NCBI GenBank assembly: GCA_951406725.2
Contig: OX597814.1
Span: 109,430,001 to 109,494,000 of the forward strand
Source of the DNA: Octopus vulgaris
Lineage: Eukaryota
Reading direction: 5' to 3'
DNA length: 64,000 nucleotides
Made by a program: the position numbers and the translations under genes. Every line of letters starts with the position of its first letter. The stretch's first letter is position 1. The notes beneath the pieces are model-generated. The model ran no database searches, was not told the origin of the DNA, and saw only the letters and a list, made by a program, of their open reading frames with translations. This document shows positions 1 through 11,327 of this stretch, piece by piece.

Positions 1-360
1 TCAGTCATGTGACTGTGGCTATGCTGGGGCACTGCCTTGAAGAATATTTCGTCAATTGACTCATCCCCGTACTTATTTTTCTTTAAAGCCTGGTACTTAC
101 TATATCAGTCTCTTTTGCTGAACAGCTAAGTTACGGGGGATGTAAACACACCAACACTGGCTGTCAAATGGTGGTGACAAACAGAAAGATATACAACCAT
201 ATATATGTAAGGCTTCCTTTCAGTTTCCGTCTACTAAATCCACTGACAAGGCTTGGTCAACCTGAGGCTCTAGTGGAAGACACTTGCCCAAGGTGCCACA
301 CTGTGGGACTGAACCCGGAACCATGTGGTTGGAATGTAAGCTTCTTACCACATAGCCACA
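1..360 (-). mobile_element. Family A tRNA-derived SINE
   Basis: Matches the recurrent consensus: head ggagtggctgtgtggtaag...ggttcagtcccac, body ccttgggcaagtgtcttc, tail ...cagcatggccacagtcaaatgactga. Confidence 0.8.
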
Positions 361-387
361 CATGTACCTATGTTGAAAAAGTAATTA

Positions 388-837
388 TCTGTACATTATT
401 TACATTTGATGGATATTTGTCCTCATCTTGTCCGTTGTTAACACAACGTTTCAGCTGATATACCCTCCAGCCTTCATCAGGTGTCTTGGGAAAATTTTGA
501 ACCTCGGTTCTCATTTCTAAGGTATTTTTCAATGTTATTATTATTATTATTATTATTATTTAGGTCACTGCCTGGAATCGAACTCGGAATGCTGGAGTTA
601 GTAGCCCGTGCTTTTAACCACTACGCCATATGGCGTAGTGGTTAAGAACATGGGCTACTAACCCCAAGATTCCGAGTTTGATTCCAGGCAGTGACCTGAA
701 TAATAATAATAATAACATCGAATGAGAACCCAGGTTCGAAATTTCCCCAAGACACCTGATGAAGGCTGGAGGGTATATCAGCTGAAATGTGTTAACAACA
801 AACAAAATGAGGACAAACATCCGTCAAATGTAAATAA

Positions 838-840
<3 letters not shown>
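388..840. mobile_element. Family E: inverted pair of tRNA-headed, hammerhead-carrying short elements (Penelope-like architecture)
   Basis: Near-palindrome centred on 629/630, perfect over 614-645. Each arm has A box TGGCGTAGTGG, B box GAGTT(C/T)GATTCC, an (AAT)n spacer, a CTGATGA...GAAA motif and a shared tail. Confidence 0.75.
440..485 (-). ncRNA. Minimal type I hammerhead ribozyme motif
   Basis: The minus strand reads GACAC-CTGATGA-A-GGCTG-gagggtatat-CAGCT-GAAAC-GTT-GTGTT. This gives both conserved cores, stem II, a loopless palindromic stem III (AACGTT), an NUH site (GUU) and stem I (GACAC/GTGTT). Confidence 0.7.
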
Positions 841-878
<38 letters not shown>

Positions 879-984
879 GTCATGCTGGACTGCTGATATC
901 TACAAGTTTCTTTCATTTTCTCTCTCTGTTTATTGTCTCTTATTCCTTTCTGTTGAACATCTTTGTAAATACATCCATTCGCTG

Positions 985-1023
<39 letters not shown>

Positions 1024-1185
1024 ATAAAACTCCCATCATATTTTTAGAATTAAATATTATTAGAGAATTGTATAAAGAAAATTGAAACATTTTGTGTATA
1101 GTAGAATTATAACCAATTTATTACACACAAATTTCAATACACAAAATTCTTATATGGACCCTGGTTGAGAACTACTGATCTACAT

Positions 1186-1319
1186 CAGTGCTCCATAACC
1201 AGTATGCTGCAGCACACTGGTGTGCCACGAGACAATACTATGTTTTTAGGTCAGGTGTGCCGCTGAATTCCAAAAAGAATACAAGTGTACCACAAGTGAA
1301 GAAATGTTGCAGAGCACTG
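1186..1319. mobile_element. hAT (Charlie-like) MITE
   Basis: Terminal inverted repeats cagtgctc...gagcactg with an imperfect 8-bp target duplication, atctacat/ttctgcat. Confidence 0.6.
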
Positions 1320-1578
1320 TTCTGCATCGATGGTATACGACTGAATGAGTAAATAGGTGAATTGATGAATTTTTGTTTGTATTTATCTGAAATTGATTAT
1401 GAAAAAGGTGACGGAAAAAAAAGCTCTGGGTGTATTCTTAAACTGAAGAGTAACAGGGGGAAAAAAAAAAAATTCTGTAGTCGTTGCTACTAAATGTTCC
1501 ACCCCACTTATTTAATGGCAAAACTACCTTTGCATTTAATCTTTCGTATTACAAATAGAGATAAAGAATTTGGATTAC

Positions 1579-1658
1579 CTGCTGCTTTCTCAGCTGTAAC
1601 CACGGCATCCAATGTCCTGTCTATGTATTCTTGAAGATTGAATAAAGTGAGGCTTTTT
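1579..1658 (-). CDS. Gene X internal exon ((E)KSLTLFNLQEYIDRTLDAVVTAEKAA + 1 nt)
   Basis: Acceptor ttactcttctttcAG and donor CAG|GTAATC; 80 nt. Only the phase-2 frame is free of stops, matching the phase-2 end of exon 21274-21352. Confidence 0.8.
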
Positions 1659-1694
1659 CTGAAAGAAGAGTAATTAAACAATAATTAGATCATC

Positions 1695-2428
1695 AGGCAC
1701 TGGCATGGCTGTATGGTAAGAAGTCTCCTTTGCAACCATATGGTTTTGGATTCAGACCCACTGTGTAGAACCTTAGGTAATTGCTTTCTACCATAGTATT
1801 GGCCTGACTAAAGGCTTGTGAGTGGACTTGGGACACTGAAACTGAAAGAAGCCCATCATATTTGTGTGTGTGTGTGTTTGTCCCCCCCCCCACCACCACT
1901 TGACAACCTGTGTTGGTGTGTTTATGTTCCTATAACTTAGCAGTTCAGCAAAAGAAGCAACAGAATAAGTCTGAGACCCCCTTTGGTCATGACACTGACC
2001 ATGGGATTGCACCTAGAAAATTACCCTCCCAGACACAAGTCCAGGCAAGGTTGTTTATGGAAGACCAGCAGTCGCCCATGCATACCAGCCTCCCCTCTCC
2101 ACACCACCAGTGTTATCCAAGGGAAAGGCAAAAGGGCCGATACAGCTTGACACCTGTGACATCGCAACTCATTTCTACAGCTGGGTGAACTAGAGCAACG
2201 TGAAATAAAGTGTCTTGCTCAAGAACGCAACATGCAGCCCGGTCTGGGATTTGAGCTCACAACCTCACGAAAGTAAGCTCAACACTCTAACCACTGAGCC
2301 ATGCGCCTTCACCACAGAATAAGTACAGAGCCTAAAAAAAGAGCACTGGGGTCGATTTGTTTATTCCTTTGTCTAAAAATTATCCAAGGTGGTGCTCCAG
2401 CTTGATCACAGCCTAATGACTGAAACAA
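1695..2428 (+). mobile_element. Family A SINE interrupted by a family D SINE
   Basis: Family A head at 1695; the body resumes at about 2314, after the nested element. Confidence 0.7.
1971..2313 (-). mobile_element. Family D tRNA-derived SINE with an 11-bp target-site duplication
   Basis: Head ggcgcatggctcagtggttagag on the minus strand; flanked by acagaataagt at 1960-1970 and 2314-2324. Related heads occur at about 2452, 11856, 30960, 32372, 52203 and 60215. Confidence 0.75.
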
Positions 2429-3138
2429 ATGTCTACTTTTACAACACTAACCACATGGCTTAGTGGTTAGAGTGTTGTACTGGTGATCATCAGATCATTG
2501 GTTCAATTCCTGCACTGGGCGATATGTTGTGTTCTTGAGCAAAACACTTCCTTCCCCATTGGTCTAGTGCTGTGTGGGGATCAGCATGTCAGAGAATCAA
2601 ACCACCATTTCCTTTGCATTTTGTAAAAAGGGCAACTAAAAGAGGCTGAGGTAGGATTTACATTCCAACCTCACAAAACCCTCACAGACCCACAACAGAC
2701 ACATAAGTTGGAGGGTTGTCACCTGAATGGTACAAAGGGGTCATTTGCAAGGAGCAGTAGGGAATCCCCAACAAATAATGATACAGCGACACACTGTTAC
2801 AGTGCATTCCTCCATATTACTATCTATCTATCTACGCAAACAAGAGATTGGGAAATATTCTTGGTGTTATTTATTCATCTATTTTGATATTATTCCTCTG
2901 CTGAGAATATTTTCCAGTATTTTTCGACTCTTATGTATACTTCAGACAAATATAACATCTGCATACAGATTTTGGAATACTGGAATAAGCAGAAGTGATT
3001 CAAGTGGACACAGCTTGGATTTTAACCATATATACATAATATATATATAGAGAGAGAGAGACAGAGAGAGAGAGAAAATGTAGTGATCCGTGAAAGAAAA
3101 TTCAACAAAAAAAGTACTCCATCTGGTGAGAGATAGAT

Positions 3139-3471
3139 ATTATTTATTTAAAGGTCACAATATATGTATTAAAGCGCTACTAATACATGTATCACTTTAA
3201 CCCATATATGCCAATAAAAAAATGAAGTCTTAAAATTTCACTGTTATTTAGATTAAATGTTATGGTAAGCTTTTACAATCTGGAAGAGAAGGACAGGATG
3301 CAAGTGTTAGCTATGGGTGTCGACTACCGACTGAACGTTTTGTAGGCTCAGTCAGATGCTTCCTGGCGAGTTCATGTCTAAACAAGTAGGAGCAGGTTTT
3401 ATGTTGCAAAAATGCAACCAGGGGTATATATGGGTTTTAATACATGTATTGTGACCTTTAGATAAATAATA
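3139..3471. mobile_element. MITE with ~36-bp terminal inverted repeats
   Basis: tattatttatttaaaggtcacaatatatgtattaaa at 3139, and its near-exact reverse complement ending at 3471. Confidence 0.65.
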
Positions 3472-3504
3472 TCTCTCTCTCTCTATCTAAATATATATAT
3501 TCAT

Positions 3505-3558
3505 TCATCCATCTATCTGTCTGTCTGTCTATCTATCTATCTTTCCGTCTATCTATTA

Positions 3559-3597
<39 letters not shown>

Positions 3598-3945
3598 GGT
3601 CTTTCTATCTATCTGTCTTTCTATCTATCTTTCTGCCTTTCTATTTTTCTATCTATCTATCTATTTATCTATCTAGCCATCTATTTATTTTCCCATCTGT
3701 CTATTTATCTATCTATCTGTCTGTCTATCTATTTATCTATCTATCTGTCTATTTATCCGTCCGTCCATCCATCCAGACAGACAGATATAGATAGATAAAT
3801 AGATAGACAGATAGATAGATAGATAAATAGACAGACAGATAGATAGACAGACAGATAGATAGATAAATAGACAGACAGATAGACAGACAGACAGACAGAC
3901 AGATAGATAGATGGGTACATAGATGGGTAGATAGGTGGGTGGATG
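3505..3945. repeat. (TATC/TGTC)n switching to (GATA/GACA)n tetranucleotide array
   Basis: Read directly; the strand orientation flips at about 3775. Confidence 0.9.
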
Positions 3946-5067
3946 AATATTCTCATTATAATCATCATTTTGACATCCACTTCTCCATGCTTGCATAGGT
4001 CAGATAGAATTTGCTGAGGCAGATTTTCAACATCCAGATGCCCTTCTTGACATCAACCCTCACTCATCCTCAGGTAAGGTATTATTTCCCCATGGCCAGA
4101 CATGTTTTTCACGAGAGACTGGAGACGAAGGGCACTACTTGTATGATGTTTACACTCATTTCCAACTATCACACAACATTAAGAAAAGACACACACACAA
4201 GGGGCTTCTTTCAGTTTCCACCCACCGAATCCACTCACAAGGCTTTGGTTAAACAGGGGACGTAGAGTAGTAGCAGAGACTTGCCCATGGTGCCATGCAG
4301 TGAGAGTGAACCCCAAACCATGCCACACCTGTAAACAATAATTACAATTCACAGAAAATCATTCTAATGAGATTATTAAAATATTTTAACCATCTGAGGA
4401 ATAAATGAAAAAAGAAAAATGATAGGAAAGACTGTAAAATGATGGTAGTGGAGGTAGGGGTAACGGTCTGAAACGATGCCAAAAAGGAGTGAACTACAGA
4501 TCAGATTGAACTCACAGATTTCTCTCTCACTCTCTTTCTTTCTGTACACGTGTGTGTGTGTGTGTGTGTGGAAATGTGTGTTCCAAAGTATTGCCAATCC
4601 TTAGCACACACTGACAACCATCAAAGTTGTTAGTAGCTTCCAAAATGCAAATTTCTTCGTTACTTGACATTTTCAGGTATTATGGTAAAGAAGAAGGCAG
4701 AAAAACAAAATTCCTGGTTATTCCTTTACATGTTTCAGTCATTTCACTGCAGCCATGCTGGAGCACCACCTTGGGTCAAACAAATAAACTCCCAGAACTT
4801 ATTCCTTGTAAGCTTATTCTATCAGACTCTTTTGCTGAACCGCTACATTTCAAGGACAAACACAGACACACACACATATATATGACAGGCTTCTTTCAGT
4901 TTCCGTCTGCCAAATTCACTCACAAGACTTTGGTCAGCCCGAGGCTATAGTAGAAGAAAATGGCCCAAGGTGCTACACAGTGGGACTGAACCTGGAACCA
5001 TATGGTTGGGAAGCATGCTTCTTACCACACAGCCATGCTGCTACACCTATATTTACAACATCTTATT

Positions 5068-5225
5068 TACATTATTTACAGTTGAAGGATATTTGTCCTC
5101 ATCTTGTTTGTTGTTAAAACAATGTTTTGGCTAATATATCCTCCAGCCTTCATCAGGTGTCTTGGGGAAATATCGAACCTGGGTTCTCATTCCTAAGGTA
5201 ATTTCCAATGTTATTATTATTATTA

Positions 5226-5262
<37 letters not shown>

Positions 5263-5338
5263 CATCAACAGCAAACAAGATGAAGAGAAATATCCATCAA
5301 ATGTAAATAATTCCTCATCTCCTAAATATAGAACTGTA
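5068..5338. mobile_element. Family E truncated inverted pair
   Basis: Minus arm 5068-5215 with a decayed hammerhead core, then (ATT)n, then a plus tail at 5267-5338. Confidence 0.7.
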
Positions 5339-7680
5339 GCATCTCATTTAGTCTTGAGTTAAGCCTTTTGATACCAAACTAACAGGGATCATCCCGGATT
5401 AACCCTTTTGTTACTATGTTTCAGTTAAAATACATTACTTTTGTTGTTTTTTTTCTTTGTTTCAGTTAACCCTTTAGCATTTAAACCAGCTATATCCAGC
5501 CTAAATAATTTATGTTCTATATTCAAACAGGCCATGTCCAGCTTTTCAAACCTACCCTACAATGTCATTGCAAAATCAAACAATTACATTACTGAAATCC
5601 TGAAGCAACAAGGTAATGCAGGATTAACAGAAAACAATGTAAATAAAGAAGCGTTACGCTCGACAGAGTAATCTGGATGCTGAAGGATTAATTTTGAAAA
5701 TAATGAAGAGTTTGGTAAAATCCCTGGCATTATTAAGCTGGTGGATGAAGTGGCGAACTGGCAGAATAGTTAGCATGCTGGGGGAGTATTTCGTCTGTCT
5801 TCATAATCTGGGTTCAAATTCCGCTGAGGTTGACTTTGTCTTTCAACCTTTTTACACTTCCAGTCTACCAAATCCACACACTAGGGGCTTCAATCAGCCC
5901 AAGGTTATGTTAGAAGACACTTGTCCAAGGTGCCAGGCAGTGGGACTGAATCTGGAACCATGTGGTTGAGAAGCAAGTTTTTTACCACACAATCCATACA
6001 CACACACATTGTTTGAAAGACCTTTGGAGATAGAATACCAGACTTTAACAAAAAAAGAAAAAAAGTACAGGGATTGATTCATTTGACTAAAATTCTTCAA
6101 GGTGATGCTCCAGCATGGTCTCAGTCTGACGACTGATACAAGTAAAAGAATAAAAAAAAAACAATCACTACTCCAACATCCACATCAAGATGAAGGATCA
6201 AAAAAGGTTGAAAGGCAAAGTCAACCTCAGCGAAATTAGGTACCAGTTATGCACTAGGATCAATGTAATCGACTAAAATATCAGGTCCTGTGCCTTTAGT
6301 AAAAAAGGTCATTAAGCTGGGGGATGGAAGGCACGGAATTTTGATGCAAGGCTTTGATTTAGATCGCTTTAATTCCTTTGTAACCAAATATTATCTTACT
6401 TGGAAAAAGATGAGGGTTGGTCACAGAAAAAGCATCCAGCCACAGAAGTAATTGTTAAAACAATGATGGAGAGAGAGAGAGAGATGCTCATAGGTTCACA
6501 CTGCTGTGAATTGCAATGCTTGGTGACCTTACTAGTGCTGGTGTCCCACTACGCTCTGTAAAGTGGCAGGCACTAAGAAGAGCATCCAGCCATACAAACA
6601 ATACCAAAGCAGGTACTGGAGTATGATACGGTCCACTAATTCATTGAATCCTGCTGAGCTGTCCAACATTTTCCAGCATGGAAGACAGACTTTAAATCAT
6701 GATGATGATGATGATAGCTCAGTGTAATCAGTTACAGTATAGAAATGCATGTATTTTAACATCTACTTTGTCCTGCTTGCATGCGTTGGATGGAATTTCT
6801 TGAAGCAAATTTTTCTATGGCTGGATGCCCTTCCTGTCACCAACCTTCACCTGTTTCCTTATGACCAGGCATATCTCAGAAGACTGAGAATGCAAGACAC
6901 TGCTTGCATGAAGGTGACACTTGCTTACAACTAGCACAGTAATACACACACACATTGGCTTCTTTCAGTTTCATCATTGCTTAATGTCCGCTTTCCATGC
7001 TGGCATGGGTAGGACAGTTTGACTGAGGTCTGGAAAACCAGGAGGCTGCACCAGACTCCAATCTGATCTGGCAATGTTTCTACAACTGGATGCCCTTTCT
7101 AATGCCAACCACTCTGAGAGCCTAATGGGAGCTTTTTATGTACAACCGGCATGGAGGCCAGTCAGGCAGTCCTGGCAGCGATCTCGTTTGGATAGTGCTT
7201 TTTATGTGCCACTGGCAAGGGAGCCAGTCAGGCGGGCCTGGCATCAATCACAAATCCACTCACAAGGCCTGGTATTCAATCAGGGAACATAAACACACCA
7301 ACACCTGTTGTCAAGCAGGGGTGGGGGACAAAAACAGACACAAGGACACACACACACACACACATAAGAGAGATTAAGAGTGAGAGGCTTAATGAGTAAT
7401 CCAATTAAAGTAGGCACACACCTGGAGCTATATTAGAAGACTCTTGCTCAAGATGCCATAAACTAGGACTGAACCTGAAACCAAGTGGTTGGGAAGCAAA
7501 CTTCTTACCACACAACCAAACCTGCACCTGTGTTAGAGAATTTAACTTACTGTTCAAAATTTTTACAGTTTTTATCAAAATTTTAAAAAGAATATTTATT
7601 AATGTTATATCATAAAAAAATTTCAGGCAATATTTCCAGAAATATCAAGATGATATAAGAAGTGTAACTCTTTTCTAATA

Positions 7681-8340
7681 ATCATCATCATCATTGTTGT
7701 TTAACGTCCGCTTTCTATGCTGGCATGGGTCGGACGGTTCGATTGAGGACTGGCAAGCCAGAAGGCTGCACCAGGCTCCAATCTGATCTGGCAAAGTTTC
7801 TACAGCTGGATGCCTTTCCTAATGCCAACCACTCTGAGAGTGTAGTGGGTGCTTTTACATGCCACCAGCATGAGGGCCAGTCAGGTGGTACTGGCAATGA
7901 CCATGTCAAAAGGTGTTTTTACATGCCACCTCCACAGGAGCCAGTCCGGCAGTACTGGCAACAATGACGCTCAAATGTTGCTTTTCATGTGCCACTGGCA
8001 CATATGCCAGTAAGGCGACACTGGTAAAGATCACTCTCGAATGGTGCTTTTTACGTGCCACCAACACTGGAGCCAGTCAGCAGCCTTGGCAACGATCATA
8101 CTTGGAAGGTGCTTTTAACGTTTCACTGGCATGAGTGCCAATCAGGCGGTACTGTCATTGGCCACGTCAACGATTTTGATTTCACTTGCCTCAACAGGTC
8201 ATTGCAAGCAAAGTTTATAGTCCAATGAATGAAGGATACTCATAAGTGGGCTGGTTATACACCACTGGCATAGGCCATGGGTTATGGTCTCACTTGGCTT
8301 GCCGGGTCTTCTCAAGCACAGTATATCTCCAAAGGTCTTT
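7681..8340 (-). mobile_element. Family B SINE-like element with internal ~60-70 bp tandem units and a (GAT)n tail
   Basis: Conserved end ...aagggcatccagctgtagaaac...cagcatggaaagcggacgttaaacgatgatg, preceded by repeated gtggcacgtaaaaagcacc units. Other copies start at about 6973, 12735, 14080, 18425, 23060, 28475, 33110, 50110 and 51930. Confidence 0.75.
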
Positions 8341-9061
8341 CAGACAATGTATGTGTGTGTGTGTTTGTGTGTATGGATTGTGTGGTAAAAAACTTGCTTC
8401 TCAACCACATGGTTCTGGGTTCAGTCCCACTGTCTGGCACCTTGGACAAGTGTCTTCTAACATAACCTTGGGCTGACTGAAGTGTGTGGATTTGGTAGAA
8501 TGGAAGTGAAAGAAACCCACTGTGTGTGTGTGTGTGCATGCGTGTCCTTGTGTCTGTCTTTGTCCCCCAAGCCCTGCTTGACAACAGGTGTTGGTGTGTT
8601 TATGTCCCCTGTAACTTAGCAGTTCGGCAAAAGAGACTGATAGAATACCAGACTTTAACAAAAAAAAAAATGTACAGGGATTGATTCATTTGACTAAAAT
8701 TCTTCAAGGTGATGCTCCAGCATGGTCGCAGTCTGATGACTGATACAAGTAAAAGAATAAAAAAAAAAACAATCACTACTACGACATCCACATCAAGGTG
8801 GAGGATCAAAAAACTACACGTCTGCATGTTAAGTACCTAACAGCTTGTAAATTGCTTTATCTGCAGAATCATGTGAAACAAGCATATAAAGAGTGATTAA
8901 GAGTGAGTAGCTTAATGAGTAATCCAATTAAAGTAGGCACACAGTGAGGGAGGGAATGCAATTTAATATTTAAATCTGCTAAACACAAGCCACAAACTGA
9001 GAACAGATTGCTCTGTGCATCTGATATAAAAAATAGAACTAAGTTTGCAGTGTAAAGAATA

Positions 9062-9380
9062 GGCGCAGGAGTGGCTGTGTGGTAAGTAGCTTGCTTACCA
9101 ACCACATGGTTCCGGGTTCAGTCCCACTGCATGTCTTCTACTATAGCCTCGGGCTGACCAAAGCTTTGTGAGTGGATTTGGTAGACGGGAATTGAAAGAA
9201 GCCTGTCGTGTGTGTGTGTGTGTGTGTATGTGACTGTGTTTCACAACCAATGTTGGTGTGTTTATGTGCCCGTAACTTAGTGGTTCGACAAAAGACACCG
9301 ATAGAATAAGTCCAGGAATTGATTTGTTCAACTAAAGGTGGTGCTCCAGCATGGCCACAGTCAAATGACGGAAACAAATG
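9062..9380 (+). mobile_element. Family A SINE
   Basis: Head-to-tail match to the family A consensus, with an internal (TG)n. Confidence 0.8.
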
Positions 9381-10363
9381 AAAGCATCAAAAAATTAGCA
9401 GCATTTAATTAGATGATATAACTGGCACTCCGTTGGTTATGGTGACGAGGGTTCCAGTTGATCCAATCGACAGAATAGCCTGCTTGTGAAATTAATGTGC
9501 AGGTGGCTGAGTACTCCACAGACATGCATACCCTTAATGTAGTTCTCAGAGAGATTCAGTGTAATACAGAATGTGACAAGGCTGGCCCTTTGCAATCACA
9601 GGTACAAGTCATTTTTGCCAGCAGAGTGGACTGAAGTAACGTGAAGTAAAATGTCTTGCTCATTATCTGTCCCCTTAAAATTTAGGGGACCTTGTGCCCC
9701 ATGTTTGTAAATTTCATCTATATTTCTTATTTATAAAAATGAAAGAAATGATAATGCCTATAACTCATCAAATTTCTTAATTTTTTTTTTCTCACTCCTA
9801 ACTATTGTGAAACATGAATTTCTCTATTACTAACCAGACTCTGTTCATCATCATCATCATCATCTTCAGCACCGTTATCATCATCAGTTGATGTCTGCAT
9901 TTCCATGCCAGCATGGATCAGATGGTATTTGTTGAGGCAGATTTTATACAGCCAGATGCCTATCCAGTTGCCAACCCTCGCCTGTTTCCATGCAACAATA
10001 TTTTCCCCTCTGGCCAGACATGATTTTCACAGGGGACAGATAGTTGATTATATCCACACCAGTATTTGACTGGTACTTTATTTTATCTAACCCCACCATT
10101 GAACAACGAAAGGCAAAGTTGGTTTCCTAGTGAGAACTGAATTCAGGACATGAAGAGATGTAACTAAATATTATAAGGCATTTCACTAGTCGCTTTACCA
10201 TTTCTGTTACTCCACCATCCTGAAATTGCTAATGATACTGCTAACATACCAATATGTATATATGGCATATAAACAACTGAAACAGACCCTAACTAAGTCA
10301 ACATGTCACACTATCTCTAAAAATGACTGATGAATTAACTAACCTGTTACTTCAGCTACCTAC

Positions 10364-10384
10364 TCTGAAGATATGAAATAGAAA
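10364..10384 (-). CDS. Gene X candidate 21-nt microexon ((D)FYFISS(E))
   Basis: Long pyrimidine tract ttttcctctttcttctgtcttacAG, 21 nt, then donor GA|GTAGGT. Symmetric phase 2/2 and stop-free in the frame of the flanking exons. Confidence 0.45.
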
Positions 10385-10924
10385 CTGTAAGACAGAAGAA
10401 AGAGGAAAATTGTTCAATAGCAGACAATACTGTTAAAATGGAGCAAACACAAGGTCACTCAGCCCTCTGAAAACAGCAGCCATAAACTCTTATTACATCC
10501 TACTGTTTTAAATAAAAATTATACTAAACAATATGGTTCCTGATATACAAATGGTGGGGTTGTTTTAAGAAGAACACCTTTCATCATCTCATCTGAGAAC
10601 ATGCAACAACAAAGTTTACTTTGTGCAGAAGAATGAAAACCTCTGGAGGGTGTTCAGCCAGCAAGATATAGCAGCCAATGTTTCCTCAACTTAAATTCTA
10701 CCATTTTAAATAAAGAACAATTTGGATAATGCACTCCCCACATATTCAAACAAGTAATCAGCATGCATACAAATATCTATGTATGTGCATGCACGCATAC
10801 ATACATCAAAAAGTTAGTCAGAAATAATGGAACACCACATAAATTTTCAGTCAGCAAAATAGTGTCACTTGAATCTTACACAATTCTCTGTGTTCTCACT
10901 AGTCAAAATTTAAATGTGTAATAT

Positions 10925-11327
10925 AGGAGTGGCTGTGTGGTAAGAAGCTTGTTTCTCAACCACATGGTTCCGGGTTCAGTCCCACTGCATGGCACCTTGA
11001 GCGAGTGTCTTCTACTATAGCCTCAGTCTGACCAAAGCCTTGTGAGTGGATCTGGTAGATGGGAACTGAAAGAAACCTGTTGTATATATATGTATACATA
11101 TGTATGTATGTATGTATATACGTATTTGTGTGTCTGTGTTTGTCCCTCCACCTTTGCTTGACAGCCAATGTTGGTGTGCTTATGTCCCTGTAACTTAGCA
11201 GTTTGGCAAAAGTAACCGATAAAACAAATGCTAGGCTTACAGAGAATAAGTCCTGGGGTCAATTTGTTTGACTGAAGGTGGTGCTCCAGCATGGTCGCTG
11301 TGAAGCGACTGAAACAAATAAAAGAAT
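10925..11327 (+). mobile_element. Family A SINE
   Basis: Full-length match to the consensus. Confidence 0.8.

Noticed and set aside
168-458. Recurrent ORF motifs such as EDTCPRCHTVGLNPEPCG and FLQLDALPNANHS throughout the window
   Set aside because: Translations of SINE families A and B in assorted frames, not a protein family.
562-700. Possible tRNA genes
   Set aside because: A/B boxes and an anticodon-like arm are present, but there is no acceptor stem, and the sequence is embedded in a dispersed repeat.
7840-8160. Short repeats with variable intervening sequence (CRISPR-like)
   Set aside because: Internal diverged tandem units of family B, seen in many dispersed copies.
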